A stretch of 64,000 nt of DNA from a virus. Of this stretch, positions 9,457-17,888 are shown one piece after another (position 1 is the first letter of the stretch; every line of letters starts with the position of its first letter). Below the pieces are notes generated by a model. That model worked only from the letters and a program-made list of their open reading frames with translations. It made no database searches and was not told the origin of the DNA. Location: positions 12,359 through 76,358 of the IMG/VR virus record IMGVR_UViG_3300046457_000118. One strand, 5' to 3'. A program made the position numbers and the translations under genes.

Positions 9457-9652
9457 CCAGAATATGCCGCGCGTAACCGAGCAGGTGGATGAGCGGGACG
9501 CGGCGCGCTATCGCTGGCTCATGGACAATCAGTGGTGCGTCGAATGGAATGACTCGTTCTACGACCGATCCTCGCACGGCCCCAACTGGACCGCTACAAA
9601 TGCAATCGACGCAGCAATTGCCGCCAGCGCGGCACAGGAGAAGAAGCCATGA
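9449..9652 (+). CDS. Small Ead/Ea22-like protein
   Basis: RDAARYRWL...IDAAIA module. Confidence 0.7.
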   Translation: MDNQNMPRVTEQVDERDAARYRWLMDNQWCVEWNDSFYDRSSHGPNWTATNAIDAAIAASAAQEKKP

Positions 9653-9840
9653 AACTGATAGCAGCCTGTGCCGTGCTGTTACTGGGTGTTGCCATTCCTA
9701 TCGTCTACCACGACCACATCACTTCCAGCACTGTTGCCAAGGTACGTGCCTGTGCATCTCGTGGTGGCAGGGTGCAGACTGACTTCCATCCCCACCAATG
9801 CATCGGTGCGAAAGGAGCAAACAGTGAGAAGAATGACTGA
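9649..9840 (+). CDS. Small exported or membrane protein
   Basis: N-terminal hydrophobic segment; C..GG.....C. Confidence 0.6.
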   Translation: MKLIAACAVLLLGVAIPIVYHDHITSSTVAKVRACASRGGRVQTDFHPHQCIGAKGANSEKND

Positions 9841-10015
9841 ACGCCGCAAGGGACCAACATGGTTCTGGATGCTGGTCGGCTGGGTATTCACGGGTGACCG
9901 TCGCTCTGGCATGGATCGACGCGAGACTGACATCGAGTGCCTGCAATACGGTTGCAAGGGACCGTGCAACCAAGGCGACCGTACCTGCAAAGGCAAACCA
10001 ATCAAGAGGGAGTAA
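9833..10015 (+). CDS. Small Cys-rich protein
   Basis: Overlapping start; DRRSGMDRR and CKGPCNQGDRTC. Confidence 0.55.
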   Translation: MTERRKGPTWFWMLVGWVFTGDRRSGMDRRETDIECLQYGCKGPCNQGDRTCKGKPIKRE

Positions 10016-10017
10016 CC

Positions 10018-10356
10018 ATGGACAAGTTGAAGTACAATCCGAACCGTCCCTTCATCTACACCTACTACGGCCCTTCACAGGGCCGTGGTCGCAAGAAGCC
10101 TGTCGTCATGCGCTACCGAGGCAGCAACATCGGAGAGATCGCTGCCAACATGGTGCGCTGGATGACCCGCAAAGCCAAGGGTGCTGCCGTGGTCGGTGAA
10201 GTGCATGACGAAGAGTATGGTGAGTTGCTGCTGGTGGCCACCTACTTCCCCGGTGAGAAGTTCCAGATCGTCTTCGAGCAAGACACCACCAAGAGGGTGT
10301 ATGTCACCCGCTTAGACGACGCCGATCTGAAACTACTCGATCCCATCAAACCATAA
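10018..10356 (+). CDS. Hypothetical protein
   Basis: GGGAG RBS before MDKLKY. Confidence 0.75.
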   Translation: MDKLKYNPNRPFIYTYYGPSQGRGRKKPVVMRYRGSNIGEIAANMVRWMTRKAKGAAVVGEVHDEEYGELLLVATYFPGEKFQIVFEQDTTKRVYVTRLDDADLKLLDPIKP

Positions 10357-10451
10357 CAACAGGCTCATCGACAGGTGAGCTTTTCACATTCCTCATTGGA
10401 CACAGGCGACGCTCCGCTCGCCGTCTTGGAACCGTCAACCTGAAAGCTCCC

Positions 10452-11564
10452 ATGGATACCACAAAACTGAACCGTGAAATGGGGAAGACCAAGGTACTGC
10501 TGATGTCGAAGCCGAACGCAGTCTTCTTCTCCACCCTCGTCCTCGGACTGAAAACCGTCTGGGATGACAGTCAGCCCACCGCCTATGTGAATGGCCGTGT
10601 GGTTGGCTGGAACTCTGGCTTCTACCTGTCCCTCGACCGTGAGGAACGGGTATTCGTACTGTGCCACGAAGCCCTGCACGTCATCTGGAAGCACCTGCTA
10701 CCGGCACGCTGGCAAGGCAAAGTCCTGCGCATCTGGCAGGCTGCATGCGACTTCGCCATCAACAGCACGCTGGTGGACTATGGCTTCAAGATGCCGAAGG
10801 TCGGTCTGTATGATGCCCGCTTCAGAGGCATGAGTGCAGACGACATCTACACCCTGTTGGTGAAGGAGAACTACCAGCCGCCACCGGACATGATGGAAGA
10901 CCTGCGCCAGCCTGAACAGGACGCGGCTACCCATCAACTGGAAGTACAGGACATGCTCTTGCGAGCTACTACCGTAGCCAAGATGTCGAGCCGTGGTGCT
11001 GGCCTGATCCCCAGTGATATCCAGATTATGCTCGATGCGCTGCTTGATCCCAAGCTGCCATGGACCACGATCCTGCATCGCTGGCTGAATGCCCGTATCC
11101 GGACTGGTTACGACTACTCCAAGCCGAACCGCCGCTATCTGCCGGACATGTACCTGCCCAGTAGGTCGAGCAAGGGGCTAAAGGATCTGGTCGTGTTCAT
11201 GGATGTGTCTTGTTCGGTCGAAGACTTCCAGTTCAATGCCATGGTGTCGGAACTGTCTGGCGTATTTAAACGCTTCAAGCCAAAGATCACCCTCGTGACC
11301 TTCAACACCGTGATCACGGGTGTGCACCACATCAAGTCGATTGCTGAACTGAAGCAAGTCGAGTTCCGTGGACGAGGTGGTACCGATCCGGAGTGCATCT
11401 TCAACTGGATCGAGGAACACAAGCCTGATGCTTCCATCATCTTCACCGATGGTGAGTTCGACTGGCAGCGGGACACCCTGTCACGAGAGGTCGTCTGGAT
11501 CATCAACGACAATCCCCATTTCGAGCCTCGCTTCGGCAAGGCCATCCACTACGAGACCCGATAA
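10452..11564 (+). CDS. Metallopeptidase-VWA domain protein (N4 gp25-like)
   Basis: HEALH zincin motif; MIDAS-like DVSCS, GRGGTD, IFTDG. Confidence 0.9.
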   Translation: MDTTKLNREMGKTKVLLMSKPNAVFFSTLVLGLKTVWDDSQPTAYVNGRVVGWNSGFYLSLDREERVFVLCHEALHVIWKHLLPARWQGKVLRIWQAACDFAINSTLVDYGFKMPKVGLYDARFRGMSADDIYTLLVKENYQPPPDMMEDLRQPEQDAATHQLEVQDMLLRATTVAKMSSRGAGLIPSDIQIMLDALLDPKLPWTTILHRWLNARIRTGYDYSKPNRRYLPDMYLPSRSSKGLKDLVVFMDVSCSVEDFQFNAMVSELSGVFKRFKPKITLVTFNTVITGVHHIKSIAELKQVEFRGRGGTDPECIFNWIEEHKPDASIIFTDGEFDWQRDTLSREVVWIINDNPHFEPRFGKAIHYETR

Positions 11565-12814
11565 TGACTGATACCGACGACATTGAATTGACCGTCGAGC
11601 AGAGTGTAGCACTGGATTTCTTTTGCCAGTTCCTGATGGACCCGGACATGCCTGTAATGAGGCTGTCCGGTTACGCAGGCACCGGCAAGTCCACCTTGGT
11701 GCGTATCCTGCTCAAGCGTCTGGATGGCTACATGAAGATGTGGGAGTTGCTGACCAGCGACCGTCCCGATCTGGAAGTCGCCTTGACCGCCACCACCAAC
11801 AAGGCAGCGGAAGCCTTACATGACATCACCGGCAAGACGGTCACCACCATCCACAGCTTCCTTGGCTTACGTCCCGTAAGGGATGCCGGTGGTCAGATGA
11901 AACTGGTACCTGCCAAGCGGGCATCGGTCAAGTTCGACTACCTGCTGTTCGTCGACGAAGCCAGCATGATCGATCCGGAATTGTTGGGACTGATCTTCCA
12001 GCAAACCAAGGATTGCAAGATCGTGTTCATGGGTGACAAGGCGCAGCTACTGCCGGTCAAGCACAACAAGGCTCCTGTCTTCGAGGCACCCTTCCCGGAA
12101 GCAGCCCTGACCCAAGTGGTACGTCAGGCCGCAGGCAGTCTGATCAATGCACTGGCCACCCAGTTTAGGGAGACCGTTGCTACTGGTATCTGGACACCCT
12201 TCGAGCCGGATGGCCAAGCCGTCATCCATCTGGACCGGGAGGCATTCGATCAGGCAGTCATGACCGAGTTCAACCGTCCGGACTGGCACTATGCCGACTC
12301 GAAGGTGCTGTCGTTCACCAACCACCGTGCGATCACTTACAACAACGCCTTGCGTGACTTCATCAAGGGCAGTCCGGAACTGCAAGAGGGTGACTACGCC
12401 ATCTGCAACAGCTATGTCCGGGTGGGTGAGCACAGCATCAAGACCGATGCCATGGTCAAGATCACGTGCATCGAAGACCCTTGCGAAATCCATGCAGTGC
12501 AGGGACGCTACGTCACCATCAACGAGCATGTCCGTGTGTTCGCACCATACAACCCACAGGACATCCGGCGCATGAACGACTGGGCCACCAAGCAGATGAA
12601 CTGGAAGGTACAGCGTGAAGTGGAAAGCTGGATCGATCTGCGTGCAGCCTATGCCCAGACCGTTAACAAGTCGCAGGGTTCCACCTACGACAAGGTGTTC
12701 ATCGATATCGATGATATTTCCACCTGCACCAGTGGGAACACCATCGCTCGCCTGATGTACGTGGCCGTATCGCGTGCACGTCATCAGGTCTACCTGACAG
12801 GAGATTTTGGATGA
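11564..12814 (+). CDS. Dda/RecD-like SF1 DNA helicase
   Basis: GYAGTGKS, VDEASM, GDKAQL, TVNKSQGST, YVAVSRA. Confidence 0.93.
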   Translation: MTDTDDIELTVEQSVALDFFCQFLMDPDMPVMRLSGYAGTGKSTLVRILLKRLDGYMKMWELLTSDRPDLEVALTATTNKAAEALHDITGKTVTTIHSFLGLRPVRDAGGQMKLVPAKRASVKFDYLLFVDEASMIDPELLGLIFQQTKDCKIVFMGDKAQLLPVKHNKAPVFEAPFPEAALTQVVRQAAGSLINALATQFRETVATGIWTPFEPDGQAVIHLDREAFDQAVMTEFNRPDWHYADSKVLSFTNHRAITYNNALRDFIKGSPELQEGDYAICNSYVRVGEHSIKTDAMVKITCIEDPCEIHAVQGRYVTINEHVRVFAPYNPQDIRRMNDWATKQMNWKVQREVESWIDLRAAYAQTVNKSQGSTYDKVFIDIDDISTCTSGNTIARLMYVAVSRARHQVYLTGDFG

Positions 12815-13095
12815 AAGACAGCGAGCTTTTACGGCGTGTACACAGCAAGGTTAGAACCTACAACCACATTTTCATCTGCCGAGCCATTGACAGCATACGT
12901 GCGCCCATGGAGCAGAAACAATCGCTCATCCAATGGGTGATGCAGATGTTGGCAGGGTACTACACCTACAATGATTGGCTCCGCTATCAGCATCCCAAGC
13001 GGTATGCCAAGATGCGTTTAGGTGACTTCAAATATGCTCGCCTTGCTTGGCTTGACTGGATGATTGCCTACTGCGAGAAGGAGGAAGCCAAGTGA
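12811..13095 (+). CDS. Hypothetical protein
   Basis: ATGA overlap; C-terminal RLAWLDWMI. Confidence 0.75.
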   Translation: MKDSELLRRVHSKVRTYNHIFICRAIDSIRAPMEQKQSLIQWVMQMLAGYYTYNDWLRYQHPKRYAKMRLGDFKYARLAWLDWMIAYCEKEEAK

Positions 13096-13397
13096 ACACG
13101 ATCATCCCCAAGTCGGACATACGACAAGACGAAGCGGTCAAGCCACAACCGTATGTCCGCATCCGTAAGATGTGGAGTCGTAACAGTGGTTGGGCACAGT
13201 ACTCTTGGCTGTACTACGTTGATCTGGTCAATCAGTTCGGTGTGCCATGTAGCTTCAAGTTGCATGAGTATGGTTTGGGCGAGAACGAGGCATTGTGTAT
13301 TGCCACCAACCAGTCACATTTCTTCGGCTGGACCATCAAGCGTTTCGAAGAGGACCGCAAAACCACGGTGGTCCTGAAAGAACTTCCCTCACCCTAG
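13092..13397 (+). CDS. Hypothetical protein
   Basis: GTGA overlap, GAGG RBS. Confidence 0.65.
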   Translation: MNTIIPKSDIRQDEAVKPQPYVRIRKMWSRNSGWAQYSWLYYVDLVNQFGVPCSFKLHEYGLGENEALCIATNQSHFFGWTIKRFEEDRKTTVVLKELPSP

Positions 13398-13496
13398 CCT
13401 TGTGCGCAAAAGCAATGGACATTTCCGACTGGAAGTGTACCATTGCAGTCTTCCCCCAAGACCGTGCTCAAGGTATCCCCCTACCGAGAGACTCCC

Positions 13497-14027
13497 ATGG
13501 CTCAAACCAATCGACTACCACTCGAAGTGCGTCCTGCTGTCCGTGACGCGATCCTGTCCTATCTCTATGAGAAGGACACCGAGATGGCCCATGACATCCT
13601 GTCGGGCATCATCGACGAGCATTGCAAGCTGACAGGCTCACGTGACCGGGCCTTCATGTACCTGAACCGTGTGCACCAGCCAGCCTTGGCTCCCAAGCGG
13701 TTGCTTGCACCTGACCTGCATCCAGACCTGTACGAACGCATGAACGCCTACCTGCTGGATCGCATGCGTGTCGAGCGAGAAGAGAAACTGGTCGTCAAGA
13801 ATTTGCTGACGGCAGTGATGAATGCGTCTGACTCGCCAGAAGACTGGGCACGTTTGCTGCCTCCTGCATTGTCATTAGTGGTGCCTAAAATAATGTGGGA
13901 TATCCGAGTAAGTTCCATATTGCCAATTGCACACATGACAGACGAACAGATCGAGGCATGGCAGGCCAAGCAGGAGCGTGCATTGAACATCCTCAAGGGC
14001 CGTCTGGCCCTGAACCTCATCTTCTAG
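13497..14027 (+). CDS. Conserved N4-like protein upstream of DNA polymerase
   Basis: Likely start MAQTNRL; syntenic position. Confidence 0.7.
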   Translation: MAQTNRLPLEVRPAVRDAILSYLYEKDTEMAHDILSGIIDEHCKLTGSRDRAFMYLNRVHQPALAPKRLLAPDLHPDLYERMNAYLLDRMRVEREEKLVVKNLLTAVMNASDSPEDWARLLPPALSLVVPKIMWDIRVSSILPIAHMTDEQIEAWQAKQERALNILKGRLALNLIF

Positions 14028-14034
14028 GAAACCC

Positions 14035-14226
14035 ATGCAAGTCGAAACCATCGTACTCACCGTACGTGTCGAGCAGGTCTGTGACAAGTGCAAGGAAGGC
14101 GTGATGCGTCCTTCCGGCATGGCACTCATGTCCAGTCCTGCCAAGTATCCACACTTCTGCACGGTCTGTGGTGCCCATGAAAACTTCAACAAGACGTATC
14201 CGGCCATCGAATACCGAGACGCCTGA
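14035..14226 (+). CDS. Small zinc-ribbon protein
   Basis: CDKC...YPHFCTVCG. Confidence 0.75.
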   Translation: MQVETIVLTVRVEQVCDKCKEGVMRPSGMALMSSPAKYPHFCTVCGAHENFNKTYPAIEYRDA

Positions 14227-14243
14227 TTCATAAGGAGACCATC

Positions 14244-16943
14244 TTGCATCATCTCGACTTCGGTGGCGACGCACCGTATCCCGTTGCGCTCCTGTTCAAG
14301 CCCGGTGCGTTCAACAAGAACGATCTGGTTCGCTACTATGTCGAACCGCTCATCACTCTCGGCATAGCGGCCACCGATCTCGTTGCCTTCACCCTCGATG
14401 TGCAAGGCAAGAAGGTCACGGCACCCGTGGCCAAGGCCTACCTTGAAAACCTGCTGCCTGCACTGGATTCACTGGGTACCAAGTACCTGTACGTGTGTGA
14501 CAGCGAGTATTTCAAGGTGATGACCAAGGCCAAACAGGCCGATCCCAACATCGGCTATGCCCTGCCCTGTACCATCAAGGGCTATGAACACATGACCGTG
14601 GTGCTGGGGGTGAACTACCAGCAACTCATCTACGATCCACGGGTACAGGACAAGCTGGACCTGACCCTGACCGCACTGGGCACGGCTGTCACGGGCACCT
14701 ACATGGCCCCTGGCACTGGCATCATCCACGAGGCAGTGTACCCAGAAGGCTCCAGATCGATCCGAGAGGCGCTGGAAGCCCTCATGGAGTACCCAACCCT
14801 CACCTGCGACATCGAGTCCTTCTCGCTGCGTTTCTGGGACGCTGGCATCGGTACGATAGCTTTTGCTCCGGACCGGCACCGTGGCGTAGCGTTCCCGGTG
14901 GACTACCAGCCGCACAAGATCATCTGTCCGGAAGCGGAAAGGAGAGAGGGCCATGGCCGCTATGTGCCCAACCTCGAAGTGCGAAGCCATCTGAAATGGT
15001 TCTTCGAGAACTACCAAGGCAAGCTGATCTTCCACAACGCCAACTATGACGTGAAGGTGATCGTGTATGTGCTGTGGATGCAGAGCCTGCTCGACACCAA
15101 GGGACTGCTGGATGGCTTGGAGATCATGTGCCGGAACATCGAGGACACCAAGATCATCGCCTATCTGGCCACCAACTCCACCGCAGGCAATGTGCTGCGG
15201 CTGAAGGCACTGGCACAGGAGTTTGCCGGTAACTGGGCGGTGGACGAGATCGCGGATATCCGCATGACGCCCTTGCCTCAACTCCTGCAATACAACCTTG
15301 TGGACTGCCTATCCACATGGTACGTGTACACCAAGTACCGTCCCATCATGGTGGCTGACCAGCAGGAAGAGTTGTATGCCGGCCTGATGCTGTCCTCGAT
15401 GCGCTTGATCGTGCAGATCGAACTGACCGGCATGCCCATGTCCAAGCGTAAGATCGCGGAAGGCAAGGCCAAGCTGGAAGCTCTGCGTGACAAGTACGAA
15501 GTGATCATTCGTGCCCACCCGCTCGTGGACAAGTACGAGACACTGGCAACCGACTTCAAGTGGGAGAAGGACTTCGAGGACCGTAAAGCCAAGGCCAAGA
15601 ACCCGGACAAGATCAAGCCAAAGGACAGAGCTACCTTCCCTCGCCATGTGTTCAACCCGAACAGTGGCGATCAGGTCAGGGACATCGTGTACGACAGTAC
15701 CATGATGGACATGCCGATCCTTGACCTGACTGATAGTGGTCAAGCAGCGACCGGTGCCGATACCTTAGAGAAGCTGCTGCACCATACCGAGGATGCCAGC
15801 TACAAGGAGTTCATCGAGGCATTGACGGACTTCAGTGAGGTGTCGAAGATTCTCTCGACCTTCATCCCAGCGTTCGAGGGTGCCATCAACAAAGACCCAA
15901 GGACGCCTGATGTGGTCTGGCTGCATGGCAGTCTGAACCTTGGTGGTACGGTGTCTGGCCGCTTGTCGTCCAGCGATCCGAACCTGCAAAACCTGCCGTC
16001 CAAGTCCACCTTCGCCAAGCTGATCAAGGAGATGTTCATCGCTCCGGAAGGCTGGCTGTTCGGTGGTGCCGACTTCAACTCGCTGGAAGACATGATCAGC
16101 GCCTTGACCACCAAGGACAGCAACAAGCTGAAGGTCTATACCGATGGCTTCGATGGGCACTCGTTGCGGGCAGCGTACTACTTCAAGGAGGACTTGGAAA
16201 AGGAAGGTATCTTCATCGACCTGAACGATCCGAAGTCGGTCAACCAGTTGAAGAAGATGGCTTCCACCGGCAAGGAGCATCCGTTCCGCCAGGACTCGAA
16301 GGCTCCTACCTTCCTGCTGACCTATGGAGGCACTTACCACGGCATGATGTCCAACCTTGGCTGGCCCAAGGAAATGTCCATGGCCATCGAGGCGAACTAC
16401 CACAATCTGTATCAGGAATCGGATCGGTACGTGGCACGTCGTCTGGAACAGGCCACTCACGATGGCTACGTCACCGTGGCTTTCGGTCTGCGAGTCCGGA
16501 CACCCCTGCTCGCGCAGGTCGTGTGGGGTTCGTCCCGCATGCCCAATGAAGCCAAGGCAGAAGGAAGGACTGCCGGTAACGCCATGGGCCAGTCGTACGG
16601 TTTGTTGAACAACCGTGCTGCGGTGGACTTCATGCGTAAGGTCTGGGCTTCCAAGTATCGCTACGACATCAAGCCAGTCAATCTCATTCACGATGCCGCG
16701 TACTTCGTATGGCGTGACAATGCCGAGGTTACTGAGTTCGTTAACCGTGAACTGATCGCCTCTATGCGCTGGCAGGAACTGCCGGAGATTCAGCATGATC
16801 AGGTCAATCTCGGTGCGGCTCTGGACATCTTCTGGCCAAGCTGGGCAAACGGTATCACCCTATCCAACGACTGCGACCAAGCCACCATCATCAAGGTGTG
16901 TGAGGAAGCCACCAATGAGTACTATGGAAAGGAGGCAGCATGA
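14244..16943 (+). CDS. DNA polymerase, family A, N4-like
   Basis: TTG start after AAGGAG; exonuclease DIESF/HNANYD; TVSGRLSS; DFNSLE; RQDSKAPTFLLTYG; IHDA. Confidence 0.95.
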   Translation: MHHLDFGGDAPYPVALLFKPGAFNKNDLVRYYVEPLITLGIAATDLVAFTLDVQGKKVTAPVAKAYLENLLPALDSLGTKYLYVCDSEYFKVMTKAKQADPNIGYALPCTIKGYEHMTVVLGVNYQQLIYDPRVQDKLDLTLTALGTAVTGTYMAPGTGIIHEAVYPEGSRSIREALEALMEYPTLTCDIESFSLRFWDAGIGTIAFAPDRHRGVAFPVDYQPHKIICPEAERREGHGRYVPNLEVRSHLKWFFENYQGKLIFHNANYDVKVIVYVLWMQSLLDTKGLLDGLEIMCRNIEDTKIIAYLATNSTAGNVLRLKALAQEFAGNWAVDEIADIRMTPLPQLLQYNLVDCLSTWYVYTKYRPIMVADQQEELYAGLMLSSMRLIVQIELTGMPMSKRKIAEGKAKLEALRDKYEVIIRAHPLVDKYETLATDFKWEKDFEDRKAKAKNPDKIKPKDRATFPRHVFNPNSGDQVRDIVYDSTMMDMPILDLTDSGQAATGADTLEKLLHHTEDASYKEFIEALTDFSEVSKILSTFIPAFEGAINKDPRTPDVVWLHGSLNLGGTVSGRLSSSDPNLQNLPSKSTFAKLIKEMFIAPEGWLFGGADFNSLEDMISALTTKDSNKLKVYTDGFDGHSLRAAYYFKEDLEKEGIFIDLNDPKSVNQLKKMASTGKEHPFRQDSKAPTFLLTYGGTYHGMMSNLGWPKEMSMAIEANYHNLYQESDRYVARRLEQATHDGYVTVAFGLRVRTPLLAQVVWGSSRMPNEAKAEGRTAGNAMGQSYGLLNNRAAVDFMRKVWASKYRYDIKPVNLIHDAAYFVWRDNAEVTEFVNRELIASMRWQELPEIQHDQVNLGAALDIFWPSWANGITLSNDCDQATIIKVCEEATNEYYGKEAA

Positions 16944-17128
16944 CCCTCTTCGATTGGCTCATGACATGGGAGAAGATCGATCTTGCCAAGGCACTGGCCC
17001 AGCATGCAAAGGAAAAGGCCCACCTCTTGGATGAGGTGGACCGCCTGGAACATGAGGTGTTCTGGATGAAAGTCGCTGACCGAAACCAAGGAGAACAAAG
17101 TGAAGTACACACCCGCTCAAATGACTGA
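16940..17128 (+). CDS. Hypothetical protein
   Basis: ATGA overlap, AGGAGG RBS. Confidence 0.65.
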   Translation: MTLFDWLMTWEKIDLAKALAQHAKEKAHLLDEVDRLEHEVFWMKVADRNQGEQSEVHTRSND

Positions 17129-17381
17129 CTGGGTTCAGACCGCAGAACAACCTCCTGTCCACCATGGAGAGTACAACGCTTCAGTCCTGAAGTCGAGTGT
17201 GCTTGTCCGTTGGTGGAATGGGGAGTACTGGTCCGAACCCTATATGGACACCTTCTCGGAAGAGTCCAAGCAACGACTTCGCCGTAAGCGTTCCATGAAC
17301 GACCCACGAAATATTTACTACCGTGGCTTGCGGGTCAAGCCTCGGGTGCACAGCATCCACTACCTCCTACCTCTCAAGTAA
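17100..17381 (+). CDS. Hypothetical protein
   Basis: AAGGAG RBS and GTG start; PPVHHGEY...RWWNGEYWS. Confidence 0.7.
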   Translation: MKYTPAQMTDWVQTAEQPPVHHGEYNASVLKSSVLVRWWNGEYWSEPYMDTFSEESKQRLRRKRSMNDPRNIYYRGLRVKPRVHSIHYLLPLK

Positions 17382-17390
17382 GGAAAGCAT

Positions 17391-17888
17391 ATGGCAATGA
17401 CCCCTATTCACGGTGACGCTACAATCGGACAGACGCGAAGGCTGTACAACATTTGGCGTGGAATGCGTCAGCGTTGCACTAACCCCAAGGCATCCTACTA
17501 TGCCATTTACGGTGGTAGTGGTATTACAGTCACTCCTGAATGGGATGACTATCGTACCTTCCGTGAATGGGCGTTGTTGCATGGGTATGCCGACCATCTC
17601 ACTATTGAACGCCGTAACGGCACGAAGAACTATGAACCGAATAACTGCTACTGGGCAGACAACAATACGCAAGCAGCCAATAAACGTAAGCGTGACGGCC
17701 AGACTTCGCAGTTCATCGGCGTAGCTCCGAACAAGAAAGGCTGGCAATCCTATGTCAGCTTTAAAGGGGTACGAACTCACCTTGGCACCTATCCAACGGA
17801 GTTGGAAGCTGCACAGGCACGCGATACCTTCATAAAACAAAACAGCTTGCCCCACAAGCTAAATTTTGAGGACACATCATGCAAGTAA
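17391..17888 (+). CDS. HNH homing endonuclease with AP2 domain
   Basis: RLYNIWRGMRQRC, YGGSGI, TIERRNGTKNYEPNNCYW, SQFIGV...HLGTYPTELEAAQARD. Confidence 0.87.
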   Translation: MAMTPIHGDATIGQTRRLYNIWRGMRQRCTNPKASYYAIYGGSGITVTPEWDDYRTFREWALLHGYADHLTIERRNGTKNYEPNNCYWADNNTQAANKRKRDGQTSQFIGVAPNKKGWQSYVSFKGVRTHLGTYPTELEAAQARDTFIKQNSLPHKLNFEDTSCK

